Positions 24,700 to 37,047 of a stretch of DNA of 64,000 nt are shown here, in pieces (within the stretch, counting starts at the first letter, position 1; every line of letters begins with the position of its first letter). The translations under genes were made by a program, and so were the position numbers. Below the pieces are notes generated by a model, which did no database searches, was not told the DNA's origin, and worked only from the letters and a program-made list of their open reading frames with translations. Source of the DNA: Mobula hypostoma (lineage: Eukaryota); contig NC_086097.1 of NCBI RefSeq assembly GCF_963921235.1, positions 202,246,001-202,310,000 on the forward strand. The letters run 5' to 3'.

Positions 24700-25960
24700 A
24701 TTGTATCAGGTTGGAGGCTGGAGAAGGGGAAATCTGATAGGAGAGGACAGAAGACCATGGAAGGAAGGGAAGCGGAAGGAACACCACAGAGAGGTGATAG
24801 GCAGGTAAGGAGAAAAGAAGAGAGAGGGAAACAAGAATGGGGAATGTTGAAGAAGAGAGTGGGGCAATTTCCAGAGGTTTGAGAAATCAATGTTCATCCC
24901 ACCAGGTTGGAAGCTACCCAAATGGAATATGAAGTGTTGCTGCTCCCACCTCTGTGTGGCCTGATCACGGCAGTAGTAGAGGCCATAGACTGACATGTCG
25001 GAATGGGAAGTAGAATTGAAATGCCTGAGATCCCACTTTTTGTGGTGGATGGAGTGAAGGTGGTCAACGAAGTCGTATCGCAACCCACATCGGGTCTCAC
25101 CGATATACAGGAGACCACACTGGGAGTACAGACACAGTAGATGTCTCCAACAGACTTGCAGGTAAAGGGGTGCCTCACTTGGAATGACTGTTTGGGATCC
25201 TGAATGGCAGTGAGAGAGAAGGCGTAAGGACAGGTGTGGCACTTGTTCCACTCGCAAGGATAATTAGGAGAGAGAGTTGTGGGGAGGGATGAATAGACAA
25301 GGAAATCACAAACAGAGTGGTCCCTGTGGAAAGTAGAGAATTGGGCAGAGGTGAAGATTATGTTTGTTGGCAGGGCACTTAAAAATGGCAGAAGTTGATG
25401 AGAATAATGTGTTGGGTGCGAGGTACATGGGGTGGTGGGTGAGGACAAGAGCAACTCTATCCCGGTTAGGGCATCAGGAAGATGGAGTGGTCGCAGATAG
25501 TGACGGAAAGATTAGTCGAGATCAGTGGGGTGGGATGAGTGGACAAGGGAGTCGCGTAGGGAGCAATCCTTGCGGAAAGTGGCGAGGAGGGAAAGATGTG
25601 CTTTGTAGTGAGATCCCATTGGAGATGGCAGAAATTATAGAGAATTATGCACTGGATGTGGTCATCGCCTGTATCCAGTGCTCCTGGTGTGTCCTTCTGT
25701 ATATCAGTGAGACCCGGTATAAATTGGGCAACCACTTCGTCAAGCACTTTCACTCCATCTGCCACAAAAAGTGAGATCTCCCAGTGGCCACCCAATTCAG
25801 TTCTACTTCCCATTCCCATTCTGACATGTCATTTTGTGGCCTCCTCTACTGTCCTGATGAGGCCACACTCAGGTTGGAGGAACAACACCTTATATTCTGT
25901 CTGTGTAGCCTCCAACCTGACGCGCTTTGGATTTCCAGCATCTGCAGATTTTCCCATGTT
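24700..25960. mobile_element. Older PLE fragments: minus strand 24700-25640 and plus strand 25660-25960
   Basis: GLLYIGETR, IFHLGSFQPGGMNIDFSN, RLEEQHLIFCLCSLQPD. Confidence 0.85.
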
Positions 25961-26032
25961 TATGAATATGAGCCAACTAGTTCTCTGGATGTGATACCCT
26001 GCTTCCCAGAAAGCAGCTGAAGAGACTATGGA

Positions 26033-28820
26033 TGTTATGTTTTGTAACTTCAAAACATTAAATTAATTCAAAGAAACTCAAAGGTGTCTGAAATATGGGT
26101 GTAGTTTGAATTTACTTTAATCAAGATGCACACGTATATAGTGGTAGCGTAATGACATACAATTAATGTTAACCTGTAATTAATTTAAATGAACAAAATG
26201 CTAAATAAAACAATGTATAGTATTTTGATTATGCAAATATTATTGAAATATTAAATACACAACTCTCCTCCCTGCTTAGCTGTCAACTCCTACTCAATAG
26301 AGAATGCATCTAACTATATACATAATGCAAGTCTGCTTGGCTGGTGAGGGTTGTGGCTGTGGAGCAATCTTGGGTTCTGAGGCCTCCTCCTTAGTGTTTA
26401 TAAGAGTTTATAGACAATAGTTTATAAGTGTTTATAGACAATAGGTGCAGGAGGAGGCCGTTCGGCCCTTCGAGCCAGCACCGCAACTGAGACTGTAGGA
26501 GGCGGTTCTGACATTCTGGGTACCTTTCTTCTCCTTTTCTCTCTCATGATCTACTTCAATCTCTTTCTTTTTCTTTCTCATTCATATTCTTTCTCTCCAT
26601 TTCTTCCCTCATTTTCCTTCTGAATTGTGCATCTTGATACTTGGAAGGTCCATTTAGTTCACTGGAGTATTATTTATCCTCCTGTTGGTCACTTTAAGAT
26701 CTGATCTCTCCTCTTGTTTTCCTCATTGACGCCATCATCTGATGAATCCTCTGTTTTCATATCTCCATTGACTCCCTTCTTTTTGGCCTTCTATTAATCC
26801 AAGTGGGCTTTGGTCTTTGCATCTATGTTTGCAAGTAATTTTTTGTCTCCCACCTGAAGTTCATGCAATAACCTTAATTCACTCAGAGTAGATTCTGGAT
26901 CGTTATACTCACAAACGTGAACTTTCCTTGAACTCTTTCCCAGCTTAAAACGTAACTACATTTCACAAGCAGTTGCCTGTTTGGCATATCAGAAGCTTTC
27001 TCAGGTATGTTGCCTACTAAAACTGCTGTAGTTAGACCACTGCTTTTGTCACTTTCACACTTCCTCTGAGCAGCATTGTCCTTCCTTGGTCCAATATGCT
27101 TTTCAACCAGAGGCACAGAAGTTGGCACCAACACCTGTTTGTCCTCTGTTGGGCAGTGGTTCATGGTGTCTGGCATGGTGAGAGTTGTGGCATCATCCAG
27201 TACCTTTTTGAATGCACTTTCAGTTGGTTTCATTGCATGGAATGGGGCATGTAATTGGTAGATGGATCTCCAGTCAAGTTGTAGTTGTCTTAAGTAATTG
27301 CACCCCCACAATGCTGATCCCCCTGTTTTTTCCACATACAAGCTCAATGTGACTTGTTGGTCATTGTATTTCACAATTATAAATGTCATTCACACAGGAG
27401 TTATCTTTTCTCCAGCTTAAGTTCTTAACTGGATGTTTACAGGCTTCATTTTGGTACCTTTGAAATGTCGTTCAAACTTGTTTTGTGGAATGACTGAAAC
27501 AGCTAAACCCATGTCCAATTCCATTTTAATTAATTTGCTGTTCATTTCTGGTATAAGCTAAATTGCTTGTCTATTGCTAATTTTCACATTGTAAATCTCA
27601 AGGATACACAATCCTGTGTCACTCTCATCATTATCAGATTTTTCATTAACAGCATGTAGATTAGTGTCGTTTTCTCTTCCCTGTGCAGGCCATTTATTTT
27701 TGGCCATCTGACATGCTCTTTGCATATGTCCTACTTCGCTGCATTTTCTGCAAGTATCACCTTTAAGCCTGCATTTGCTTGGTGCATGTGAGCCCCTTGC
27801 ACAACGGTAACACAGTTTGTTTGGCCAAGTTGAATTCTGTTTAGACACTACAATTTTATTCACGCTCACTTTCATTCCTGACTGCAACTCAAATGCACCT
27901 CTGTCTGCAGTTTCCATTCAAACAGCAATTTCCACTGTTCTTTAAAATATAAGCTGTGCTTCAGTTAGGAGATGTTTTTGAATGCTTTCTTTTAAGATTC
28001 CACAAACTAAATGATCTCTTAGTGTATCAGTAAGCCAATTACCGAACTGACAATGCTCTGACAACCTCTTCAATTTAGCCACGTACGCTGAAATGGACTC
28101 CCCTTCTTTTTAATTCTGCTTATGAAACCTAAAGCATTCTGAAATTATGTACAGCTTTGGCTCTAAGTATTCCTACATTACTTTGACAATTTCACCAAAC
28201 TCATTTCTGCAGGTTTGATTAGAGCACTTAAACTTTGAAACAAGCTATATGCCTCTAAACCAAATGCACTTAGCAAATTTGGTACTCACTTCTCGTTGGC
28301 GATTTCATTTGCTTCAAAATACTGTTCCAATAGTTCAGTATACATGAGTCAATTACCCATTGTGTAATCAAATTCGCCAATCTTTCCGATGTAGCCGGCA
28401 TTTCTGATGTTTTTTCTTGATTGTTACAACCCAGTACTCACTCTTTATAAACCCTGGATTCTTCTGTTTTCTGCATTTACTTTAAAAAAAAAAATTGGTC
28501 ATGCTTCCCTTCCAAAGAGCATGTGTTGGTTGCTATTGCTTTAAATGCAACTGTCTCTCCATGTGTTAAGGTACATTTTACTCGCCGATGATCCGGCTCC
28601 ATTTTTTTTTCAAACGTATTGCTATGTCTAGCGGGTTGGTAGCTGTCTTGGGTTCATTTTAAAATACCTTTGAAACTTCAAAACTTTAAACTAATTTAAG
28701 GAAACTCATGGGAATCTGAAAATATGGATGTAGTTCGAGTTTACTTTAAGCAAGGTGAGTACGTATCACATGGTAGCATGATGATGTATGCAATAAACAT
28801 ATTTTTACATATGACTTGTG
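26033..28820 (-). mobile_element. Second Gypsy LTR element, internally deleted (gag, protease, integrase tail)
   Basis: LTR 26033-26261 (TG..CA) with PPT at 26262-26272; related partial LTR at about 28670-28820; gag start near 28400 (GYIGKIGEFD); CYRC..H....C and CRKCSEVGHMQRAC; protease MELDMG. Confidence 0.82.
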
Positions 28821-28995
28821 AAAGTGGGAAACTAAATCTAACTGGGAAACTACTGGGATCCATTAATAAAGAGGCAATAGAAGTGCATTTAAAAATGTCA
28901 TATAGGTTCATTTGACAGCAATGCTTTCTAATTTCCTCTGTATTTGCCATTGCATTGCATTGGGATGGAGTTCATCCCTATACAGGAAAATATGT

Positions 28996-29420
28996 AAATA
29001 GAAACAGGAATAGGACCTTCAAGCTAGCTCCACGATTCAATATGATCATGGCTGATCTAACCCAACCTCAACTATTCCTCTGTACCAGGACCCTTTACCC
29101 TTATTTTCACAATCCTTCAAATTTTTATCTACCTCCATGTTAATTATTTGAAATGACTTAGCCTTCACAACTTTCTGTGGTTAAAAATTCGGAGATTCAC
29201 CACCTCCTACAAAAAGACATTTCCACACACCATGGTTTAAATAAGATGCCCCTTATCTTGTACCTAAGTCCCCATGTTCAAAACTCTCTCACCAGTTAAA
29301 CCATTTATGTTGTCATTGCCCCTTAGGATCTTGTGTTTCAATAACATCATTTCTCATTCTTCTGAACTTTGAAGAATTTAGACCCCAACTGTTACATATC
29401 CTTTGAAAGAATACATCAAT
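28996..29420 (-). mobile_element. Old CR1 LINE 3' fragment
   Basis: RRMRNDVIET motif in ORF 29313..29537; CR1-type 3' end (tcaatatgatcatggctgat). Confidence 0.65.
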
Positions 29421-30236
29421 GGATTGTGTGTTAGAGAACAATTTTACAGTTCTGTTGCTGTTTCTAACATTGATGGGAAGCTCCAAATTCAAGGAGGCTA
29501 CCTTCTTCAAGATGTGAGCTGATAGCTGTCTTGACAAAATACTAGTTTCAAAGCAAGAGGGACTGACAAATCAGGGTAGCTGAGTGAAGGATCCAAGACA
29601 CTGATCTGGAAGAGCACAGATGGACTATTTCAGGGGTGACTGAATAAACTTTATGATATGGACAGGAGTGTTTTTGTATGTCAAATTCAAAAGCAAAATT
29701 ATCCATTTAAAGTGAAGAAAGATCACTAGAGTAAAAGCAGAGGACCTTCCAAAAGTCTCTTGAATCTTTTCTTCAGAACAAATACATGCTGGAAAGAAAG
29801 ATTATGATGCTATATATTATGATCGCAGTTTGGTTAATATGAAGATAAAATCAAATTTGAGGATGAAAACAATATTTATGCACAAGGTATTCTAGATTGT
29901 AGGCAAGTAAAAATCACGAGTTATAGTGAGCAAGATCTTTCTGGGCCATTGCAAATTATTGACAGTACACAACTAAATACATAAGGATAGCCTTGGACAA
30001 CCTAAAAGTGGTTGCTTGATACAGCAGGGCATTGGCAGTGTACTACTTTCTCTAACTCATCAAAGGACAGCAGGAGTGGATAATATTCTCTATTAGACAG
30101 CAGTAAGCAGGAAAGGTGAAAATAGGAACAGGAAGAGGACCTTCAAGCTAGCTCCACCATTCAATGGCTGATCTAACCCAACATCAACTCTTCCTCTGTA
30201 CCAGGCCCTCTTTGCCCTCATTTTCACAATCCTTCA

Positions 30237-31268
30237 AATATTTTTAGAATTGGGTGGTTTACCCTATACTCCTCTGTGTTCATTGAGAAGAATACAAAAT
30301 ATGCAGGCTGCTCGAGGACATCAATAACAACTTGAAAAAATGAGAAATCACAGATGCTGAAAATCTGAAATCAAAGTCATACTCAGTCATTAATTGTTGA
30401 ATCTTCTCTTCTGATTCTGACAGAATTTGTTGTCATACTTCCTCCAGTAGGACTGGCCTAATACCTCTCAGAAACTTCTCTCCTTCAGACAAGAAACTGT
30501 GGCTTGCTTAATCCTCAATTAAAATTTTCTTCATCTTCCTCCCTGGACCCAAACTTAATTATTTGTGTCAAGATTGAATTGGTGGTATCCCACCAAGGGT
30601 TACTTTGTTAGAGCCAGATATGTAAGATTGCCTTTTCTGATTACATATTTATTTGAATTGATTAATGTCAAGCTATCAAAACTTACGTTGGTATGTTCAG
30701 TCTTTCAAAAAGCAGACAGTTCAGTGAAAAATTTCCCTTAATTCTGTTTGCTCCAGGTGTCAAACAATTGCTAATATTCAGTCAGAAAACTGCATCATCT
30801 TTCAAAGTCCTCAGTGTTTTTAATTGCTCTGAAGCTGGAGCATTTCAGAAACCTCTGGCGGCCTTTGCTACATTAGTGAAAAAGGAGATTAACCCTATGT
30901 AAGGGAAGTTATTAATGCTATGAAAATAGAAAAGGTTGGAAGGAGTCCAGGCAACAATTGTACAAAGAGAAACAGAGTGAAAGATGCGAAGAAAAAGAAT
31001 TTCAGGATGTATATTATATACATTTCACTGACATTAAGTGTACGTATTGAAACCTGTTTAGATGCAGTTTCTTCAGCCTGAAGTGTAAATCTTTTCTGCA
31101 AATACTGCCTGATCTGCTTCATGTTCCAACTTTGTTTTCAGGTTTTCAGCATCTGTAATTTCTAATTTTTTCAAGTTATGAATGATGCCTTCAAACAGCC
31201 TGCATATTTTGTATTCTTCTCAATGAACCCAGAGGAGTTTAGGGCAACCAACTAATTCTAAAAATATT
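30237..31268. repeat. About 140-bp inverted repeat pair (30237-30377 / 31129-31268)
   Basis: gttcattgagaagaatacaaaatatgcaggctg is the reverse complement of cagcctgcatattttgtattcttctcaatgaac. Confidence 0.9.
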
Positions 31269-32194
31269 GTAGTGTTCCCATATATACAAGGTAAACTCAA
31301 TTGGTCTTAAAATTTGTCTTGCTGATAATTTGTGAAGAGAAAGTGGTTCACATTTAAAATATATTGTGCAGCCAATGTGTTACACACCCATTCCTTTTGT
31401 GAATGCATCATATTCTAGAAGTCAATATTAAACCCTTAATTGTGCAGCAAAGAATAGATATTGGGCATTTCTATTGGCCACATGTGAGATTAAAGCTTCA
31501 AGGGTAATGGAGGCAGATTCAGTCATGGCATTAAAAGGGAAAATTAGGAGAAAGGATAACCAAATACAGGGTATGGGCAGAGGCTAGGGGAATGGGACTA
31601 GCAAGGGTCCTTCTATGCTGTAATCTTTCTTTGATTCTTGGATGTTTGCTGGATTTACTACATGATCCAGGATTGCATTCATTCAAATGAAATGGGAATT
31701 CAATAATAACCTAACTGTTAAAATCTCTTTTGCAATTCTGTTTTGGATTTTGGCGCCCCGGCCTGATCCAGGTAGAGAGCTTAAGAAAATTTAGACAACA
31801 GGACTAGATGCTACTCTGATAAATTAAGAAATGATATTGTGTCTGAAAGTTTTCATTTTTTACTGAGCTGGATCAGGATTCCAGAGCAGGTAGAAAATGA
31901 CGAAAGATTTAAACAATTTGGGATCATGCTTTGACCTCCTTTATGCTGATCTTTTCAACATTGCATATTGAGAGTTGGGTCCATATTAAAGATTACTGTG
32001 ATAGAGTTAGAAACATTCAAGATAGTATCTACAATGTTGACAGGAGAACTCAGGGGTGAAAAATAAGGCATCAGCACTGTAAAATGAAGTAAACAAATTT
32101 ATCTCTACTCATAAGGGAGCAAACTGACATCATCTTAAAGTAAATCAATCTCTCGGGGAACTATTATTTTTCTCTTGGGCAGGTTTGGCGCCTT

Positions 32195-35100
32195 AGCAAT
32201 TACCATCAACAGATCACTTGCAATACCAGAGGAAACAACAAACTGAGGTTCTAAACTGGAAGAAGGCCAAATTTGAAGAAATGAGAAAGGATCTAAAAAG
32301 CGTGGATTGGGACAGGTTGTTCTCTGGCAAGGATGTGATCGGTAAGTGGGAAGCCTTCAAAAGAGAAATTTTGAGAGTGCAGAGCTTGTATGTTCCTGTC
32401 AGAAATAAAGGCAAAGTTAAAAGGAATAAGGAACCTTGGTTCTCAAGGGATATTGCAACTCTGATAAAGAAGAAGAGAGAGTTGTATGACATTTCTAGGA
32501 AACAGGGAGTAAATAAGGTGCTTGAGGAGTATAAAAAGTGTAAGAAAATACTTAAGAAGGAAATCAGGAGGGCTAAAAGAAGACATGAGGTTGCCTTGGC
32601 AGTCAAAGTGAAGGATAATCCAAAGAGCTTTTACAGGTATATTAAGAGTAAAAGGATTGTAAGGGATAAAATTGGTCCTCTTGAAGATCAGAGTGGTCGG
32701 CTATATGCGGAACCAAAAGAAATAGGGGAGATCTTAAATGGATTTTTTGCGTCTGTATTTACTAAGGAAACTGGCATGAAGCCTATGGAATTAAGGGAAA
32801 CAAGTAGTGAGATCAAGGAAAATTTACAGATTGAAAAGGAGGAGGTGCTTGCTATCTTGAGGCAAATTAAAGTGGATAAATCCCCAGGACCTGACAGGGT
32901 ATTCCCTCAGACATTGAAGGAGACTAGTGTTGAAATTGCAGGGGCCCTGGCAGATATATTTAAAATGTCGGTGTCTACGGGTGAGGTGCCAGAGGATTGG
33001 AGAATGGCTCATGTTGTTCCATTGTTTAAAAAAGGATCGAAAAGTAATCCGAGAAATTATAGGCCAGTAAGTCTGACGTCGGTAGTGGGTAAGTTATTGG
33101 AGGGAGTACTAAGAGACAGAATCTACAAGCATTTGGATAGACAGGAACTTATTAGGGAGAGTCAACATGGCTTTGTGCGTGGTAGGCATGTTTGATCAAT
33201 CTATTGGAGTTTTTCGAGGAGGTTACCAGGAAAGTGGATGAAGGGAAGTCAGTGGATGTTGTCTACATGGACTTCAGTAAGGCCTTTGACAAGGTCCCGC
33301 ATGGGAGGTTAGTTAGGAAAATTCAGTCGCTAGGTATGCATGGAGAGGTGATAAATTAGATTAGACATTGGCTCAATGGAAGAAGCGAAAGAGTGGTAGT
33401 AGAGGATTGCTTCTCAGAGTGGAGGCCTGTGACTAGTGGTGTGCCACAGGGATCAGTGCTGGGTCTATTGTTATTTGTCATCTATATCAATGAACTGAAT
33501 GATAATGTGGTAAATTGGATCAGCAAATTTGCTGATGATACAAAGATTGGAGGTGTAGTGGACAGTGAGAAAAGTTTTCAAAGCTTGCAGAGGGATTTGG
33601 ACCAGCTGGAACAATGGGCTGAAAAATGGCAGATGGAGTTTAATACTGACAAGTGTGAGGTATTGCACTTTGGAAGGACAAACCAATGTAGAACATACAG
33701 GGTAAATGGTGAGGCACTGAGGAGTGCAGTAGAACAGAGGGATCTGGGAATACAGATACAAAATTCCCTAAAAGTGGCGTCACAGGTAGATAGGGTCGTA
33801 AAGAGAGCTTTTGGTACATTGACCTTTATTAATCAAAGTATTGAGTATAAGAGCTGGAATGTTATGATGAGGTTGTATAAGGCATTGGTGAGGCCGAGCC
33901 TGGAGTATTGTGTTCAGTTTTGGTCACCAAATTACAGGAAGGATATAAATAATGTTGAAAGAGTGCAGAGAATGTTTACAAGGATGTTGCCGGGACTTGA
34001 GAAACTCAGTTACAGAGAAAGGTTAAATAGGTTAGGACTTTATTCCCTGGAGTGTAGAAGAATGAGGGGAGATTTGATAGAGGTATATAAAATTATGATG
34101 GGTATAGATAGAGTGAATACAAGCAGGCTTTTTCCACTGAGGCAAGGGGAGAAAAAAACCAGAGGACATGGGTTAAGGGTGAGAGGGGAAAAGTTTAAAG
34201 GGAACATTAGTGGCGGGCTTCTTCACACAGAGAGTGGTGGGAGTGTGGAATGAGCTGCCAGATGAGGTGGTAAATGCAGGTTCTTTTTTAACATTTAAGA
34301 GTAAATTGGACAGATACATGGATGGGAGGTGTATGGAGGGATATGGTCCGTGTGCAGGTCAGTGGGACTAGGCAGAAAATAGTTCGGCACAGCCAAGAAG
34401 GGCCAAAAGGCCTGTTTCTGTGCTGTAGTTTTTCTATGGTTTCTATGGACCATTGCTACACCACCATCAAGAATGCCTACCATACTATTCCACGCCCTCA
34501 CTTCGGGAAGTCTGATCACCTAGCTGTACTTCTACTCCCTGAGTATAGGCAGAGATTGAAGACTGCAGCACCAGTAATGAGGACCAAGAAGGTTTGGACA
34601 AGGGAAGCACAGGAGCGCCTACAGGACTGCTTTGAATCGCTGGACTGGACTGTATTCAGGGATTTATCTCTGGATCTGGATGAGTATGCTGCAGTTGTTA
34701 CCAACTTCATTAAAACCTGTGTGGTTGAGTGTGTGCTTACAAAGACTTGCTGTAAATTTCCATACCAAAAGTCGTGGATGAATCAGGAGGTACGTTTTCT
34801 GCTGAAGGCTAGATCAAGTTTGGCAACCCAGGCCTGTACCAGAAAACCAGGTATGATTTGCAGAGGGCTATTTCAAGGGCGAAGAGACAATTTCAAATGA
34901 GGTTGGAGGCGATATCAGATGCACGACAACTCTGGTAGGGTCTGCAAGACATTACTTCCGACAAAGCGAAACCCAATAGTATGAATGGCAGCGATGCTTC
35001 ACTACCAGATGAACTCAATGCCTTCTATGTATGCTTTGAAATGGAGAACACAACCACAGCTGTGAAGATCCCTGCTGCACCTGATGACCCTGTGATCTCC

Positions 35101-35300
35101 TTCTTAGAGGCCAATGCTAGACTGTCTTTAAAGAGAGTGAACGCTCGCAAGGCAGCAGGTCCCGATGGAATACCTGGTAAGGCTCTGAAAACTTGTGCCA
35201 ACCAACTAGCAGGAGTATTCAAGGACATTTTCAACCTCTCACTGCTACAGGTAGAAGTTCCCACTTGCTTCAAAAAGGCAACAATTATACCGGTGCCTAA
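32195..35300 (+). mobile_element. Rex1/Babar LINE fragment (32195-32239 plus 34448-35300)
   Basis: HQQITCNTRGNN|DHCY..FGKSDH..LQDCF..KAAGPDGI..IIPVPK. Confidence 0.85.
32240..34447 (+). mobile_element. Young 5'-truncated CR1 LINE nested in a Rex1/Babar fragment
   Basis: KSPGPD, NYRPVSLTSVVGK, SQHGF, GVPQGSVLG, KFADDTK, LEYCVQFW; (TTTCTATGG)n tail. Confidence 0.93.
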
Positions 35301-35989
35301 AATTCCCTCTGAAGTTTTATAAGCCTCTTAAAACTAAGGCTTATAAACGATTCCTATTTCTGACGTTTCCTTCTCACAGAAAGGGAATGACATGCTAAGT
35401 ATTCCAGCACCAGTGGAACTAATGAGAGAATTGGTGGGACTAAATCAGATAATCTGCCCTCACTGTGCATATGTACACAGCTATGCAGCGAGCTAAACAA
35501 CTTCTGAAAATCACCTCAGATGGAAGCTTTCTTCTGAGTTTCTAATGAGATCTCTTTACTGTGAAACAGCAGAACACTAAGTAGAATACTGACTAAATTC
35601 AATACAGAAATGCCACACGCATGAATATACTACACTGTCGATTATTCTCACAACCGATGTTAGCTAAGGTAATACTCATGCAACACTCCATAATTATGCA
35701 GAGTAAACTCATGGCACAATGATAAACAAATAGAATACAAGCAGAATACTTCCTTCAAAATATATCTAATAAATGTTTACTAAAATTACCAAAGTCCTAA
35801 AACTGACAGATATTGCTGTTTTAAGAACAAATAAAGAGTGGATGGAGATGACTGCCTTCCACCATGCGGTCCACTTCAAATACAATAAGAGCTAACCCGT
35901 GGAAGAAATGATACATAAAATAGCTAATGTATAGGAAGTGATGTTCATGCAAAATTAACTGCGCCTTTAGAGTCCAGAACATTAGGTTT

Positions 35990-36700
35990 TTTGATTAAGG
36001 TAACTGTTGATACAGTGGATGTACTGGTTATAATATTCCAAAGATGCATTGATTCTAGAATGTTTTCTCTTTGGGAGAGAGAAAAGGATAGACATTGGTA
36101 TCCTTCTACATGGATCACTAAACATTAAGATGCAGGTGAAAGAAGTAATTAGAAATGAGAATGGTATACTGGCTTTTATTGCAAAAGAATTTGAGTTGAA
36201 CAGCTGAGAAGTCTTGCTGCAGTTATACAGGGACCCAGTGTGCAACATCTGGATATTATGTTTGTGTCTTGTTTCCTTGCCCAGAGTAAGTGGTTGCAAT
36301 AAGATTTCAGAGAAACTTCACCAGAATGATTCCTCAGATAGCAGGTGTGGCATATAAGGAGAAATTAAGCAGACTGGCATTATCCACTTAAGTAGAATAA
36401 AATGTATTTGCACTGAAACGTACAAAGTTCTTATAGCATTTGACAAGGCAGAGATGGAATTAATATTTTCTCTGGCTGATGTGCTATTTTGAAATTCTCA
36501 AAGTAAGGTGTTGGTGACTGTACAAAAAAAATCATGATCTGGTGGTTAATTGTTTGTAATTCTCTGTCAAACTGGCTTCTGGAGGGTGAATTGCTGACTA
36601 CATTAAAAAAAAAAGATAGATTTTTAGTTATTAAACAAGTTCATGTGATATGAACTAATAGGGGAAAGTGATGCTGAGGTAAAAGATCAGGGATCATTTT
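35990..36700 (+). mobile_element. Highly degenerate CR1 3' fragment
   Basis: Remnants of CR1 ORF2 end (aatggtatactggcttttattgcaaaaga; gtcttgctgcagttatacagg). Confidence 0.6.
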
Positions 36701-36981
36701 TTTGTTTCAGATTCCCGTATCTGCATTTATTACTTTGTCTCCTCAGATCCTGCCTAACCATTGAGTTCCTCCAGCAAACTTGTTTCTTTGCAAAAGATCA
36801 GTGATGGCATTTTTAATATACTGTATATTTCTTATTATAATTTATCATACACATATTTATGTGTTGCATTGTACAGCTGCTGGAAAACAATATATCAAGA
36901 TCAAGATTGTTTAATATCATTTCCTGTACACGTGTAAAGGAGAATGAAATAATTGTTACTCCAGATCCGATGCAGCATATA

Positions 36982-37047
36982 CAGTACTGTGCAAAGACTT
37001 GGGCATGTATATGTAGCTAGAGTGCATAAGACTTCTGCATAGTACTG
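36982..37047. mobile_element. Tc1/mariner-type mini-MITE among LINE tail fragments
   Basis: TA|CAGTACTGTGCAAAGACTT ... AAGACTTCTGCATAGTACTG inverted termini. Confidence 0.65.

Noticed and set aside
1406..34253. Reverse transcriptases as retron, DGR or group II intron systems
   Set aside because: All have eukaryotic retroelement domain context (APE, GIY-YIG or gag/integrase), tails and TSDs
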